From the NCBI GenBank assembly GCA_965235115.1, contig OZ249440.1, positions 33,420,001 to 33,484,000 on the forward strand: a stretch of 64,000 nucleotides of DNA, in the 5' to 3' direction. The position numbers and the translations under genes are program-made. Below, one piece after another: positions 38,528-51,410 of this stretch; within the stretch, counting starts at the first letter, position 1; the number at the start of each line of letters is the position of its first letter. This DNA is from Laetmonice hystrix (Eukaryota). The notes below the pieces were generated by a model. That model saw only the letters and a program-made list of their open reading frames with translations, ran no database searches and was not told the origin of the DNA.

Positions 38528-38991
38528 GACCTTGCAATAGCTGAACAATAGCTGTACCAGATCTGCTTCTGGATTTCTCTTGGAGGGTCTGGGATGACCT
38601 TTGCGGGAGTGACCACTTTCCCACCATTCTTACCTATGAAGGACCCAACATTGGGGAAAAACAACAAAGGTGGCAACTTAAGAAAGCTGACTGGCACTTC
38701 TTCCAGACCCTCTGCCGGGGGGAATTCAGAGCAGACACCATGAACGATCCTGAAGCAATGGATGTTTTTACCTCGCTTTTAATCTCCATTGCAGACAGGA
38801 CAGTTCCTAAAACCTCGACAATTCCTAAACATGTCTCAAATCCATGGTTTAATGATGAATGCAAGCAGGCAATTAAAGACCGGAAGAAAGCAGAACGCCT
38901 TTTTAACAGGCACCCAACTGCAGTGAACCTCACTAATTTTAAAATCATGAGAGCACGGGCACGCCGTATCTGCAAAGAGAGACGGAGGCAG
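38528..38991 (+). mobile_element. Internal Nimb ORF2 fragment, near-identical to 42040-42503
   Basis: Shares the private caatagctgaa duplication with the 42-kb copy. Confidence 0.9.
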
Positions 38992-39364
38992 AACTAACCT
39001 AACTTACTAAGAATGAAATGGTCACAATTGTTTCAATATTAAATATCTGAGTAAATGTTCCCTCAGTGTGTAGTTCATCTAGTACAACAGGAGTTGGTGC
39101 CACAACTAGAGCAGGGATAGTTTCAATATCTTCTTCTGTGGTGTTCTAAATTAAAAATTGACTTGTAAAGGAGTTCATTTAAACTATGATCAACAGGAAA
39201 TTGTTTAAACATCTGAATATATGTATGTAATTTCAGCACTTGTGGATATATGAGTACAATAACTATTCCTAAAAATCAATACCTTTAGTCCAATATTTGG
39301 GGCAAAGGTTGTGCCCTCTCTAAGTTCACTGGTACTCTCCGAGTTGAACTTTGACTGTTTGCAA

Positions 39365-39860
39365 ACTTTCTATTTTTTTAACACTGGTTTCGAAAATACT
39401 CTTTTGAAAGACTTTTTGCGCCAAGACATCTTTCTTTACAGAAGCACCCCAGGTATCATCAGCACCCCCCTCTGTCCCTGTTTGGGTGCTTATTGTAAGA
39501 GGTGAAAACGGAGGGGCTCATTCACAGTGGCTGGCCTGGACGTTAAATGGCTACTAATGTTACTCACTGACTGATTTGATTGACTGACTGTCTAACTGAT
39601 TTGACTCACTCACCAGCATCCTTGCTGCGCTTTTCAACTAGCTGGACTGCTGCATGGTGAGATGCGCTGTTCTGGTGTTTCTTATATTCTTTTTCCAATT
39701 TGAAAAGCCAGTTGTCGAGAATACATCGTCAGAATTGTGTGACAAAAGATGTTTACGACTTTCTGCAACATGACAGTAGAAACAAAGAGCCGAATCCCTC
39801 TCCTCCTGATAGTGCAGCCATGGGAACTTGTAAGATGACCAAAAGGATAGCTTTTGCTGA
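39365..39860 (-). pseudogene. hAT/ZMYM-like transposase fragment (TTF-type zinc finger)
   Basis: KFPWLHYQEERDSALCFYCH..FSTTGFSNWK..KHQNSASH. Confidence 0.7.
39468..39613 (+). mobile_element. ~145-bp short retroposon (LINE-leader-like head plus microsatellite tail)
   Basis: TSD cagca(c/t)cc; ccctctgt..gtaagaggtga..acggagggg head; (CTGA/CTCA)n tail. Confidence 0.55.
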
Positions 39861-40230
39861 CTAATTAGGGAGTTTCCACAAAAGCACGATTACGATTGCG
39901 ATTACAATTTCAAAATCGTAATGGTAATCGTAATCGGTATGATACATAATTTTGTTTCCGCATTAGCACCGACGAACACCGCCAGATGGCGGTAAATTCA
40001 AAATGGCGGCGCTATTTTAGACGTCCGCCATGCCCATTCACTGTGTCAGCTCGTACACACCATAGTGCTATCGTATAGATAGATCTACGGTCAGCTACAA
40101 TCACTCTCACCCTCGTTGGATGTTTGGACGTCACGTAGGGCTAGCGCTCTCACCGACACAGTGGCAAAATGCAGTAAAGGTCGAACGTCGTTTCTCCGCA
40201 CAAATTCATCATCAACATTACCGACCATGA

Positions 40231-43200
40231 TCGACCGGTCTATGGAGAATGAACATTTGACGAAATGGTCTCGTTTCATCATTGTTGAATCGGCAGAAGC
40301 TGAATGACCAATATCTAAGCTATCCCCTTTTGCCATACATAAAGGCATATTGGGGATAGCTGGAACAGTCGAAGATTGTAAACGTTTGAGGTCTGGCCAA
40401 CTGTTGGTGGAGTGTGCCACGAAGGCCCAATCTGCGATCCTGCTGAGTGCCACAGTACTCGCAGGTTACAGTATTAAGGCCTCTCGTCACCAGACGCTCA
40501 ACTCCAGCAAGGGTGTTATTAGAGCAAACTCTCTTGACACCACAACTGAACAGGAGATCCTTGCTGGGTTGAGCTGGCAAGGTGTGTCGGAAGTCAGAAG
40601 ATTGATAGTGAAACGAGATGGTAACACCATCAAGACACGCACATATTTTCTGACATTCGACAGGCCCACTCTACCAGATGAACTCGAGATTGGCTTTCTA
40701 AAGGTAAAAGTTGATCCCCACATCCCAAATCCCCTACATCCCAAATCCTCTGCGTTGCTTTAAGTGCCAGAGGTTTGGGCATGGGACCGACTTATGTAGA
40801 AATGAACAAAAATATTCTCAGTGCGCTGAAACAGGACATGACCATACAAGCTGTAAAAAGCCTGCTAAATGTGCCAACTGCGGGCAAGGTCATTCTACTG
40901 TTTCACGCGAATGTTCTGTGTGGAAAAAGGAGAAAGAAATCTTAAAGGTTAAAACAGAGAGAAAACTTAGTTTCCCTGAGGCACGCAAATTGGTGGAGCA
41001 ATATTTGCTTCCACCAACAGTTAAAACGTATGCTGTCGCTGTTAAGCCTACCACACGGACTTTCGCTTGTCAAACGGAGATGGTGTGGGTCAAGGGGGAT
41101 AAACCTGTGACCTACCCTGATTCCGCTGACAGCACAACTGAACCACCTAAGAAAGCCGTCTCGAGTCAGCCACCTAAAAAAGCTGCCTCAACACAGAGCC
41201 AGAAAACCTCGGTTCCTCCTCCACAGGCCGGGCCAAGTACTAAAGAACCATTCCCGATAAAAGATCAACCAAGTACCAAAGAGCCATCTACAAAAAAAGA
41301 TTAACCAAAGAAGAAAATAATCACGAATCGGCTGCCCAAGGCAGCCTCCAACAATAGTGCAATAGCACTTACGAACAAATTTCAGCATCTTCAAGATGTT
41401 GAAATGGCTGATGCTACGACTTGTCGCAGCCTTTCCCCCAAAATAAAATCTAGGGGGCGTTTGCCTGTTAAACCACCTTGATGGCAGGCAAATGCTTCCT
41501 TCAATGGAATTGTCGAGGTTTTAGAGCCAATTTTAATGAGCTCAGACTTTTAGCGGAGGGCCTCGATCCTCTTGCCCTTTGCCTACAAGAAACATTTCTT
41601 ACTGCCCGAGACAAGGTCTCATTTAAGGGCTATCAGACTTTCTTTGGTTTTGCGCCAGATAGTGACCGTGCTGCTGGCGGCACTGCCATTCTGGTTCGAC
41701 AAGACCTCATCCATAGCACTGTTACATTAAACACACCATTACAAGCAATACAAGCAATAGTCATACACCTAACTCTGCATAAAGCCATCACTATCTGCTC
41801 CATATACATTCCCCCAAACAGTAACTTGGCCCACCAGGATCTTGATGATCTAGTGGGTCAAGTACCATCCACATATCTCCTTTTGGGAGACTTTTTCGGC
41901 CACAATCCCTTATGGGCAGGCACCACAACTGATGGCAAGGGCAAGAGGTTTGAAGAGTTCATTGATAATCATGCTCTATGCATTTTTAATGATGGTTCAA
42001 ACATATACCTACATCCTGGTCATGGCACCTATAAGCCATTGACCTTGCAATAGCTGAACAATAGCTGAACCAGATCTGCTTCTGGATTTCTCTTGGAGGG
42101 TCTGGGATGACCTTTGCGGGAGTGACCACTTTCCCACCATTCTTACCTATGAAGGACCCAACATTGGGGAAAAACAACAAAGGTGGCAACTTAAGAAAGC
42201 TGACTGGCACTTCTTCCAGACCCTCTGCCGGGGGGAATTCAGAGCAGACACCATGAACGATCCTGAAGCAATGGATGTTTTTACCTCGCTTTTAATCTCC
42301 ATTGCAGACAGGACAGTTCCTAAAACCTCGACAATTCCTAAACATGTCTCAAATCCATGGTTTAATGATGAATGCAAGCAGGCAATTAAAGACCGGAAGA
42401 AAGCAGAACGCCTTTTTAACAGGCACCCAACTGCAGTGAACCTCACTAATTTTAATATCATGAGAGCACGGGCACGCCGTATCTGCAAAGAGAGACGGAG
42501 GCAGAGCTGGAGAGACGATGGCCTGTATTCAAAGACATTCCTCCACTCACACTCAGTGAGAAACTCATCATCCTCAATTAGGTCGACCTCATACTCATTG
42601 AGGAATAGGTTGACCTCACTGAGTGTGAGGTCGACCTCACCTCTGTTCCATTTCACAGACGTCTCTCACCCTCAAGTATGTGTGCCTCTCTGAGGAAAGC
42701 CTGAGGAAGGTCCATACCTGCCTTGAGCATTACTCGACGGTACAAACATGGCCTTCAGGTGGTTGGGTAGACTTGACAATGTTCAGATTTTGCAGAATGC
42801 AAGACGCAGGAGTGTCATTCCGAATTACAATTTTGACTACAATGTATATGACGATGAACAATTCCGTCAAAGATACCGTTTAACAAAAAAAACGCGTTTT
42901 CACGAGCTGTTAGAAATAATCAGTCATGAATTACAACCGTACAACAACCATAGAAGACCTATTACAATAAAATTACGTTAAAATTAAGATAAATTAAATT
43001 AAAATTAAAATTAAAGTAAAATCAAATTAAAATAACAATAAAAAATAATAATTAAAAAAAAACAAAAAACACCACAATGCACTGTCAGACAGACCAAATG
43101 GACGAATCCCACTAGGCAATGATTCAGTAGATTACACAACGGCATTTATTTATAACTTTAGTCTGCCAGTACACAATGGAGGCTGACCTCAATAAAGTGT

Positions 43201-45667
43201 GACTTGAGGAAGGTCTGTGAATAGCAAATTGCAAGTAGGAGTGCAAGGTTGACCTCACACTCATGAAGGATGAGGTCGACCTTACACTCTCCCTCGAGTT
43301 ATCCTTGAGTACTCCTCAGTGGAGTTTGAGTGGAGGATGAGGTTGAGTGATGTCCGTGAATACGGGCCGATGTCTCCACCCTGACCTCTCGTACTCCCAT
43401 CACAAAAATCTGGAACATGATACGGAAACTTAAAGGCAAGGGAGGTGGTACTGGAGTTCAACACTTAAAACATCAAAACACCTTATTAACCACCACAGAT
43501 GCAATAGCAAACAAACTAGCCGAAACATTTCAAACAAACTCCTCCAGGAACTGCCTCCCTCAATTCCAAGCCATTCGTGCTCGTAAAGAGAAACAGAAAC
43601 TAAACTTCAACTCTGACAACAGAGAAGACTATAACCAACTCTTCTCCATTGAAGAGCTACGATGCTCTCTTAAAAAATCACACGGCACTGCAGTTGGACC
43701 TGTAAAACCATGGAGAGTGATTAATGATCGCCTGGTCTAGAAGCTGGAGTCTGAACAACTCATCACTGAGTTTCAGTGTGGCTTCCGGCGAGGGAGAAGT
43801 ACTCTCGATCATCTCATAGACTCAAGACATACATCCGAGATGCTTTTATCAACCGTGAATATGTAGTTGCCGTCTTTTTCGACCTTGAAAAGGCATACGA
43901 CACAACATGGAAGTATGGTATTTTAAAAGATTTACATGATATGGGTTTTAGGGGCCGTTTGCCCATTTTTGTATCTCAGTTTTTATCCAACAGACATTTT
44001 CAAGTCATAGTAGGCACCACCCTCTCTGACTTGCATGACCAAGAATTAGGCGTGCCTCAGAGAAGCATTGTTGTTCTAACAATGGTTAAAGGGCCATTTA
44101 TAAACGGGATGCCAATTAAAAACGTATACCAAGTCGTACACTTTCAACCTGATGTCATAAAATCTTTCAGACAGCTTTGTATTAAACTCCATTTAGAAGG
44201 TTCCATTTGTAACCCATTAAAAACAACACCCTGTTTTTTAAAAACAGATTTCTTGTTAGTATTAAGATCAACAGCATTGTTAACTCGGTAAAAACTAGCA
44301 TGCCCTGCAGCCTGTTCGTTGGTGACTTTGATGTCTGCTGCAGAGGCAAAAACATGAATGCCATTGAGAGACAGCTCCAACTTCGTCTCAGCAGAATCCA
44401 CACTTGGTCCGTGGAAAACGGTTTTAAATTTTCAAAGTCTGCATGCATTTCTGCAAACTGCGTGCTTTCCACCTTGACTCCGAGTTGACAATGGATGGAG
44501 ATCCTATCAAGGTCGTTAAAGAGACCAAGTTTCTGGGACTTTATGGTTCGGCTTGTAAGTCTTACATTCGGCTTTTGGACACGGTTCACCACCAGGGTTT
44601 GCGGCTTTCACTAGGGGCTTTTAGAACGTCTCCTGTTCAGAGCCTGTGGAGGCCAGAGAGCCCTCGCTTTACAACAGGCGTCTGAAGCTGGCTCTGCAGT
44701 ATGCAGTCGAGCTCGGGACAAACAGTTCAAATCCAGCTTACAATTGCGTTTTTCACCCTCAGTTCATTTATATGAAAGAAAGGAAACGTACACACGTCCT
44801 TTCGGACTGAGGGTGAAATCTCATCTAGAGGAACTGGCTGTTGATCTGAACGTCCTGGGGCAGACACATTTTTGCAAGATTCCTCCTTGGGACCTGGAAA
44901 AGCCTGACGTCATTCAGTCGGAGACTCATCCCCTGACATATTTCGAACATTTTCTTGACGTCCAGGCAAAGTATCCCTCACATTATGCCTTCTATACTGA
45001 TGGCTCAAAGGATGGCAATGATGTGTCTGCATCAGCAGTTGATGGCAAGCACAACTTCGGCACCCGCATCTCTGGGCAAAGATCCATCTTCTCAGCAGAG
45101 GCCCGGGCCCTGCTTCTTGCCCATCAAAATATTGGAAGTTTCTGGCAAAAAGGACTTCCTCATTTTCACGGATTCCTTATCCTGTGTGCAAGCACTTGCT
45201 AACTTGAACACAGATCACCCAGTGATCGTTCAAATCTTGTCCAAGTTGGCAGTGCTTGCCAATGCAAACTTTGATATTCACTTTTGCTGGGTGCCTGGGC
45301 ATGTTTGTATCCCAGGCAATGAGCAAGCTGACAGAACTGCCAAGAGGGCTCTTGAAACAGACGTCGAACTGTGTCCAATCCCAGCCTCTGACCTCAGACC
45401 TACCATCTGGGCTTACATTAAGAACAAATGGCAGGCTGAATGGGATGGACAACCAAACAATAAATTGTATCAGATCAGTCCCATAGGTATCATCACGGCC
45501 TAACCCAACGTAGGCATGAAATTGTTTTTACTCGATGCAGGATTGGTCATTCTAGATTAACCCATGTGTTTTTATTTAAGGGGGAGCCACCTCCAGAATG
45601 TTATGACTGTCAGTGTCCTTTGACACTAACGCATCTTTTACTTATTTTACTCTGATCAGACAACGGT
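40231..45667 (+). mobile_element. Nimb LINE, nearly complete coding region, degraded, both ends lost
   Basis: Colinear with 13530-18933: ORF1 40231-41478, APE from 41478, RT with FFDLEKAYD, RNase H near 45000. Confidence 0.92.
42520..43368 (+). mobile_element. Internally deleted Harbinger element
   Basis: TIR ggcctgtattc / gaatacgggcc, 3-bp TSD GAT; ORF 42748-42981 DDEQFRQRYRLTK..F..L matches the transposase N-terminus. Confidence 0.8.
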
Positions 45668-45722
45668 CACACTCCTGCACACAAGGTCTGTTTCAGTTTT
45701 CATTTGTGATTATAGTTCACGT

Positions 45723-47511
45723 TCATGGTTTGTTATTACGGGTCCATTTAGATTTGCACAGGCTCGGAGGAGAGAGGTAGCAGTTCTGGCGCCAGAGCTG
45801 TACTCCCCCCCCCCAGAGCTGGAAGATCTTCTGCTGTTTCTGACGGTATTTGCTTCGCACACGGCGGCTAATCTTGTCCTCTGTTATCAATTGTGCGATC
45901 AGTGGGAAGCGTTGAGCTTCCTGGTGGAGCATGGGGATTAGAACATACAACTGTATGTTTGACTTTGCTGAACGGCCATTGAAACGGTTGTGCCATCCTT
46001 CAAGGTAGTTGTTGGTGCGAACTGCCTTCATAAAAATTGACCAGGCAGATGGGGGCCACAGGTTGTTGTTCAGCCACTGGTCCCGGATGTATACCAGTAC
46101 TGGTGCCAGCTGTTGGGGAGAATGTTCTTCCAGCCAGGTCACTGCGACAAATATTTCTGCAGTTCTGGGCAGTTTTTGTCAAAATATGCCCCCACCAGAC
46201 CCACTTCTCCAATTTTTCTCCAGACACTCTGGGAGGCAGCCCTGAAGAGTCATGCTTGGGAAGACTGCCTGGAAACCGCACCAAGCAGCCCTTTCATAAT
46301 CCATCATACAGCTGGACACGACGGGGGGAGAGGGACAGCTGTCAATAATAGCCTTCAGGATCTTCTTATAATCTTTCTTCCTGGAACGGGTCATCAAGGC
46401 GAACACCAGGGGCACCTGCATCAGCTGGCCTTCATGGTTGATGAATCCGTTTATGGACCACAGCTGCTTGAAAGGTTGGCATACAACTTTGAACGTGCCA
46501 TCTGCGTACCAGTTCTTGATCTGGCATAGGTAGTTCAGCTGTTCCGGATTGGCAAAGACAACATGGCGGGTGTCGTCCGCCTTGATGTCGGCTATCAAGA
46601 AATCGGAAAGCAGGAAGTCTGTCGCCACGTCGAAGTGGATGCCCTGGGGTTCTTCAGGTCGTTGCTTCTGGTGATACCGGTTGGCTGCACGGGCGAGGTT
46701 GTCAGCGTTGGGAAAATTCTGTGGTTGTTCATCTGTCAAAACGTCTTCAACTATTCTCCTGGCCGACGTCATGATGTCCATTTGGGCAAGCTGTTTCACT
46801 TTCGCTTGCAAGTTCAGTCTGTCAGCAATGCCCACTTCTCCAGGGTGGATGTGGTCCTGGGTCCCCATCTTGAAACTTTCCCCATCTTGTACAACGGATG
46901 CTCCTTGCGCCGAATGGTGCACGACCAGTACACCTTCCTAGTCACCTTCCTGATGATGGTGTACGTGTATCCCCTGGAGTCCACGAGCATGTCGCCACCA
47001 CGTTTGGTACCACCCTTAACAATCTCAAACGTCACTTCCTCAGTGTAGTCAGGGGCGACCTCGGTGACTGGGTGCAGGGGACGGATGTCTTGGATGGAGA
47101 TTTCATCTAGTGCCGGCGGCGTGGCTTGGATGGGAGGATGATCAGAGACATCAATTGCTATCTGAGTGACATCCGGTTCACTGACGTCTTCGGTGTCCAT
47201 GGTCTCTGGTGGGTCGCTCTCCTTAAATATGCGGGTGCTTTCTGCTTGAAGGGGGGGGGGGGGGGGTCCGCCTGGCTCTGACGTATCCATGGGGCGATCA
47301 TCAGGTTCCATCGTCCTTGGCTGGAGGGGAACCCTGGTGCAGTCTGGGCAGATCCAGTCCAGCTCGGTACCATCACGGACGAGCTGTCTGTAAAAGGACC
47401 GGTTGATGTTTGTCCCACAGGTTCGATGTGTCCACCTCCTGACAGTTGTCACACTGGATGGCCTCCTGGCGTGGCCTAACCTATCTTGTACACCTGGTGC
47501 ACAATGACATG
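45723..47511 (-). pseudogene. MULE transposase with N-terminal PHD finger and FLYWCH domain, frameshifted
   Basis: [66 protein letters not shown]. Confidence 0.88.
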
Positions 47512-47596
47512 ATGTAGTCTGCCTTTTCTATATATCGATGTGTACTCTCTGAATGCAAGAGTCAGAATGTGGAACGACACAACTGAACACCCCATA

Positions 47597-48241
47597 CAGT
47601 CAAACCTGCTCTAAATGCCACCTTTATATAACTGCCAGTATCTCAAAGTCCGGATGCAGTTTCCATTGGAATAACCTCCACAGAACCTCCACCTGTCCAA
47701 TGCCGCCAATCGCCAGGCTGCCTGGGTCCCAGCCGCCACCTTACCCTGTCTATAACCGCCAGTCTGCACAGAAAGTTTTGACAGTGACGGGGTGGGCCGT
47801 CACCCCGTCGACCATGTGTGATTGTGCAACAGGACAGGGGACGGGACGGCGGATCCTGGCGTGGCGTAGACCTACTGGCGACTAGGTGTTGAAGGGTGAT
47901 GAGGGGATGGGGGGGGGGGGATGGGGGAGGCTACTGATCATACTCAATCATGCCGGAGAGGGTTTATGTTCGAAAAACATTTCTGACGGTTGTTCCTGGT
48001 TGTCTAGGTTTTTACAAGCCTGTCTTCCCAGACTGTTGTTTCAAATTTCCCCTTACTAGGTAAGGGGATTACGTTATTACATGTTTAGTAAGTTATTATA
48101 AATCAAGACGGCTATGTAGGTACATGTATTACATCCGGCCGTTTATCGGCAGGCCCACCCTCCAGATAACCGCCACCTGCACATGTGTATACCAGCCTCT
48201 TGAAACAGGTCCAAATGGTGATGCCTGTTCAGGTTTGACTG
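47597..48241. mobile_element. Tc1/mariner-pogo-type MITE
   Basis: TA|cagtcaaacctg...caggtttgactg|TA. Confidence 0.85.
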
Positions 48242-50180
48242 TATTTTTATACCTGCGCAAGAGATTTACGCCTTTATTTCTGAAGTTCCTCAAGGTCGGG
48301 ACACCGCCGAGATGATATTTCAAGTATATATGAGCCGAGTTATATGCATCTCATACATGTGTGAATATACAAACGTATATTCATATAGGCCTACACAGTT
48401 TGGGTTGAAAAAAACACCGCCAACTTTCAGAGGGGACTTGAGATAAAGAAATGTATATATGTTTTAATTTTGTGGGTGGGTGTGCGTGTGTTTGTGTTCC
48501 TGTGTACATAAAGTATATCAACGTACTGGAAACCGTATAATTTTTGCTTGCATGTGACTCACAAGTATTCAGCGTGATTTATAAATTTGGTTTAAAATTG
48601 ATGCATGTGAACATCATGTCGTTTGTAAATTTGCAGTTTGTAATTTATTTCAATTGCAGGTAGTCCAGACCTTCAGTCTTTGGTAACATTATAGCAGGCT
48701 TATAATATAGTCTTGAGTGATGTCAATATGTGATGATATGTACGCCATATGTCAGTCTCAGTCCCATCTTCATACCACATAATAAAAGATTTTCTCACAG
48801 GGAACGGTCATCTAACCTTCAAAGTACTTCATGAGTCAAAATCTGATCTAGGGGCGCCCACTGCCAAAAGACAGGATGGAAAGGTAGACTAATTACCGTT
48901 TACTGTATAGCGCCTCGGTAGGCCCCTATAAAATCTATGCAACACGGACTCTACCATGTACATGTAGGCGCCTGGACCTACTAGGGTATATAAGGTCGGG
49001 TATGAGCATGGCGGGGAATATGAGCATATGAATTTAAACATGTATGTCAAGGATTTTTGGTCATTTTTTAGTCGTGTTACTTGCCATGATTTTGAGTAAC
49101 TTTATTTCACTTTGTTAAAAAAACATTAGGCCTACACAAACTCTGAAAAAAAGGTGCTCATATTACCCGACCTTACCTGGCACATATCAGGGACAACCCC
49201 CAAAAGGTCAAGAATTTGGGAGGCATAGCTTATGTTGGAAAGAAAGGTCCACAATTTTTGATGTTTTTCTGTGTTTTGCTGTTCTGAAATCCAGGCCAAT
49301 ACCAAATAGGCCTATTAGCAAAAGAAAAAAGAACGAAATTTGACCTCCTCAGCAGCGAGCAGCAGGAAGACCTGCGCAATGCGTTCGACCTTCTGACAAC
49401 AAAGGTGGCTAGAGGTAACAAATCCATTCATTTATTTTACAGTGTGATATTTCTGCCAGGCAAAATTGTTGTCATTGAAAGTGATGCGCACTCAGGCCAA
49501 GAGAAAGGACAAAGTATTTTCTCGAAGGCAGGGGAAAATATTCAACGAATCTTATGCATACATGAACAGTTTCAACTTTCAAGTCATACACATCTTTCAC
49601 AAACGTTTCTTCATCGTTATCCTAAGCTCTACTTCAGAATTATTCGTCTTTCTACGTGGATTAGTTGTTCTTTTTGTGTTAAATCCAACAGTATCCAACT
49701 CACAACTTCATCTCTTTGACAGGTCGAATACTCTCAAGTATGAACTTGCCTCGTCCTCACCCTCACCCTCCTACCTGCAGTGGCAGCCGGGCACACCTCC
49801 GCTGCAGGAGGTGCAGCCATCCGTCCAACAGGTGTTGCAACCTATGAAAGAAGAAACCTGTACAGTAGCAGATGTTAATGCCTGTGATGATGCCTGTGAT
49901 GTTATGCCTCTGAGGAGTAACGAATAAAAAAGAAGTGAGCTATTGTTCTTCGTGTAATTTTTATATTTTTCATGTTTCTGTCATGTATCTACCATGTATC
50001 ACTACAACTTTGGCACACAGAAAATGAATGCGTGTTACTGACCTTTATACATAAAAAGAATATGAAAACATAGAAATTACAAGTTAACCTTTCTTACTTA
50101 TTTCAATTTCCTGCTCATATGCATAATTTCCAAAAAGGTATACATCATCAGCCATTATTTACATATCATCCAAGAAACTT

Positions 50181-51410
50181 TTATATGTATTGAGAATTTT
50201 GGCATACTGCCAGGGAACCTTGCCCTGCTCTGATATAATGGGAAAGTTGATCACCCATTTCTTTTGCAGCCCCTGATGGGTTGCGGGAGGTTGTCGCAGA
50301 TACCTTTGAAAGAGCCGCATGGTCGTTCCTCCACTCACCAGGTATTACGTTGTGGTCCTGATCCTCATAGTCCACACTGCCCATATAATTCCGTCCACAT
50401 TTTTTACGCAAAAGGTTATGGAGAACGACAGCAGCCAGAACAACATATTTAACACCATCTTCACAAAGGTTTATGGTTTTCTGAAACACTCTAAACCGTG
50501 AAGCCATTATCCCAAATGTATTTTCAACGATCCTACGAGCTCTGCTTAAGCGATAGTTAAAGATATGTTCCCTTTCAGTCAGGTCCTGCTTCGCATAGGG
50601 TTTCATCATTCTTTGAGTGAGGGCGAAAGCGTCATCTCCAATGAAGTGATAAGGGATGCTTTTGGCAGTTCCAGTGAGATTAACAGAATCTGGTAAATGA
50701 ATGCCTCCATTGGACATTCGACCTTTTGCTCCTATTTCGACATACAGAAATTCGTAGTCTCCATTCACTACTGCCATCAAGACAACAGAAAAAAATGTTT
50801 GTAATTAAAGAAAAGAGATCCCGAATTAGAAATTTTGTTATTCGAATGTGCTTGCCGTCAACGGCTCCCAGGCATCCTGGGTAGTTCCAACGCAGGTTAA
50901 ACATCGTTGCGATGTCCTCCCTTTCAGCTTTTCCATGTGGTACCTGAAAGCATGCCAAAATGGTCGACTTTGTACAATTCCTTGATCCCCGCCACCATTT
51001 ACTCACTCTTTATAAAAAAAGGTTAATCACTTGCTTTGACGTGTACATAAAACATGGTACCCGGAAGGACAGTTGAGAATTTGTAACAAAGTACGCGTGT
51101 AGAAGACAGGTTCAGGAATGATGGGAGTTATGCACTTTATTCTGCAACATCAACCTAACGCCACTCTGAGCCTACACTACTGCAACCAGCCAGGTTGCTC
51201 ACCCAGCCTGATTCTCCCATGTGTGTATGTACTTCTCATTGTGTCTGGCTCGATCTGTTGCTGTCCCACAACTGCCTACAACTGCCGATAAAATGCATAT
51301 AAACAGGGGATTCATGTAGTAGGTTGCTTACCTTCATATACTCATCACGTAACGTTTCATAAATTGCGCGAGTTGTTTCACGAATTATTTTGCTGACTGT
51401 GCGTGCACAG
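50181..51410 (-). pseudogene. Harbinger transposase with an intron (51331-50944), frameshifted
   Basis: EYMK|VP splice; GCLGAVDGKHI, GDDAF..MMKPY, FNYRLSRARRIVENTFGI. Confidence 0.88.
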
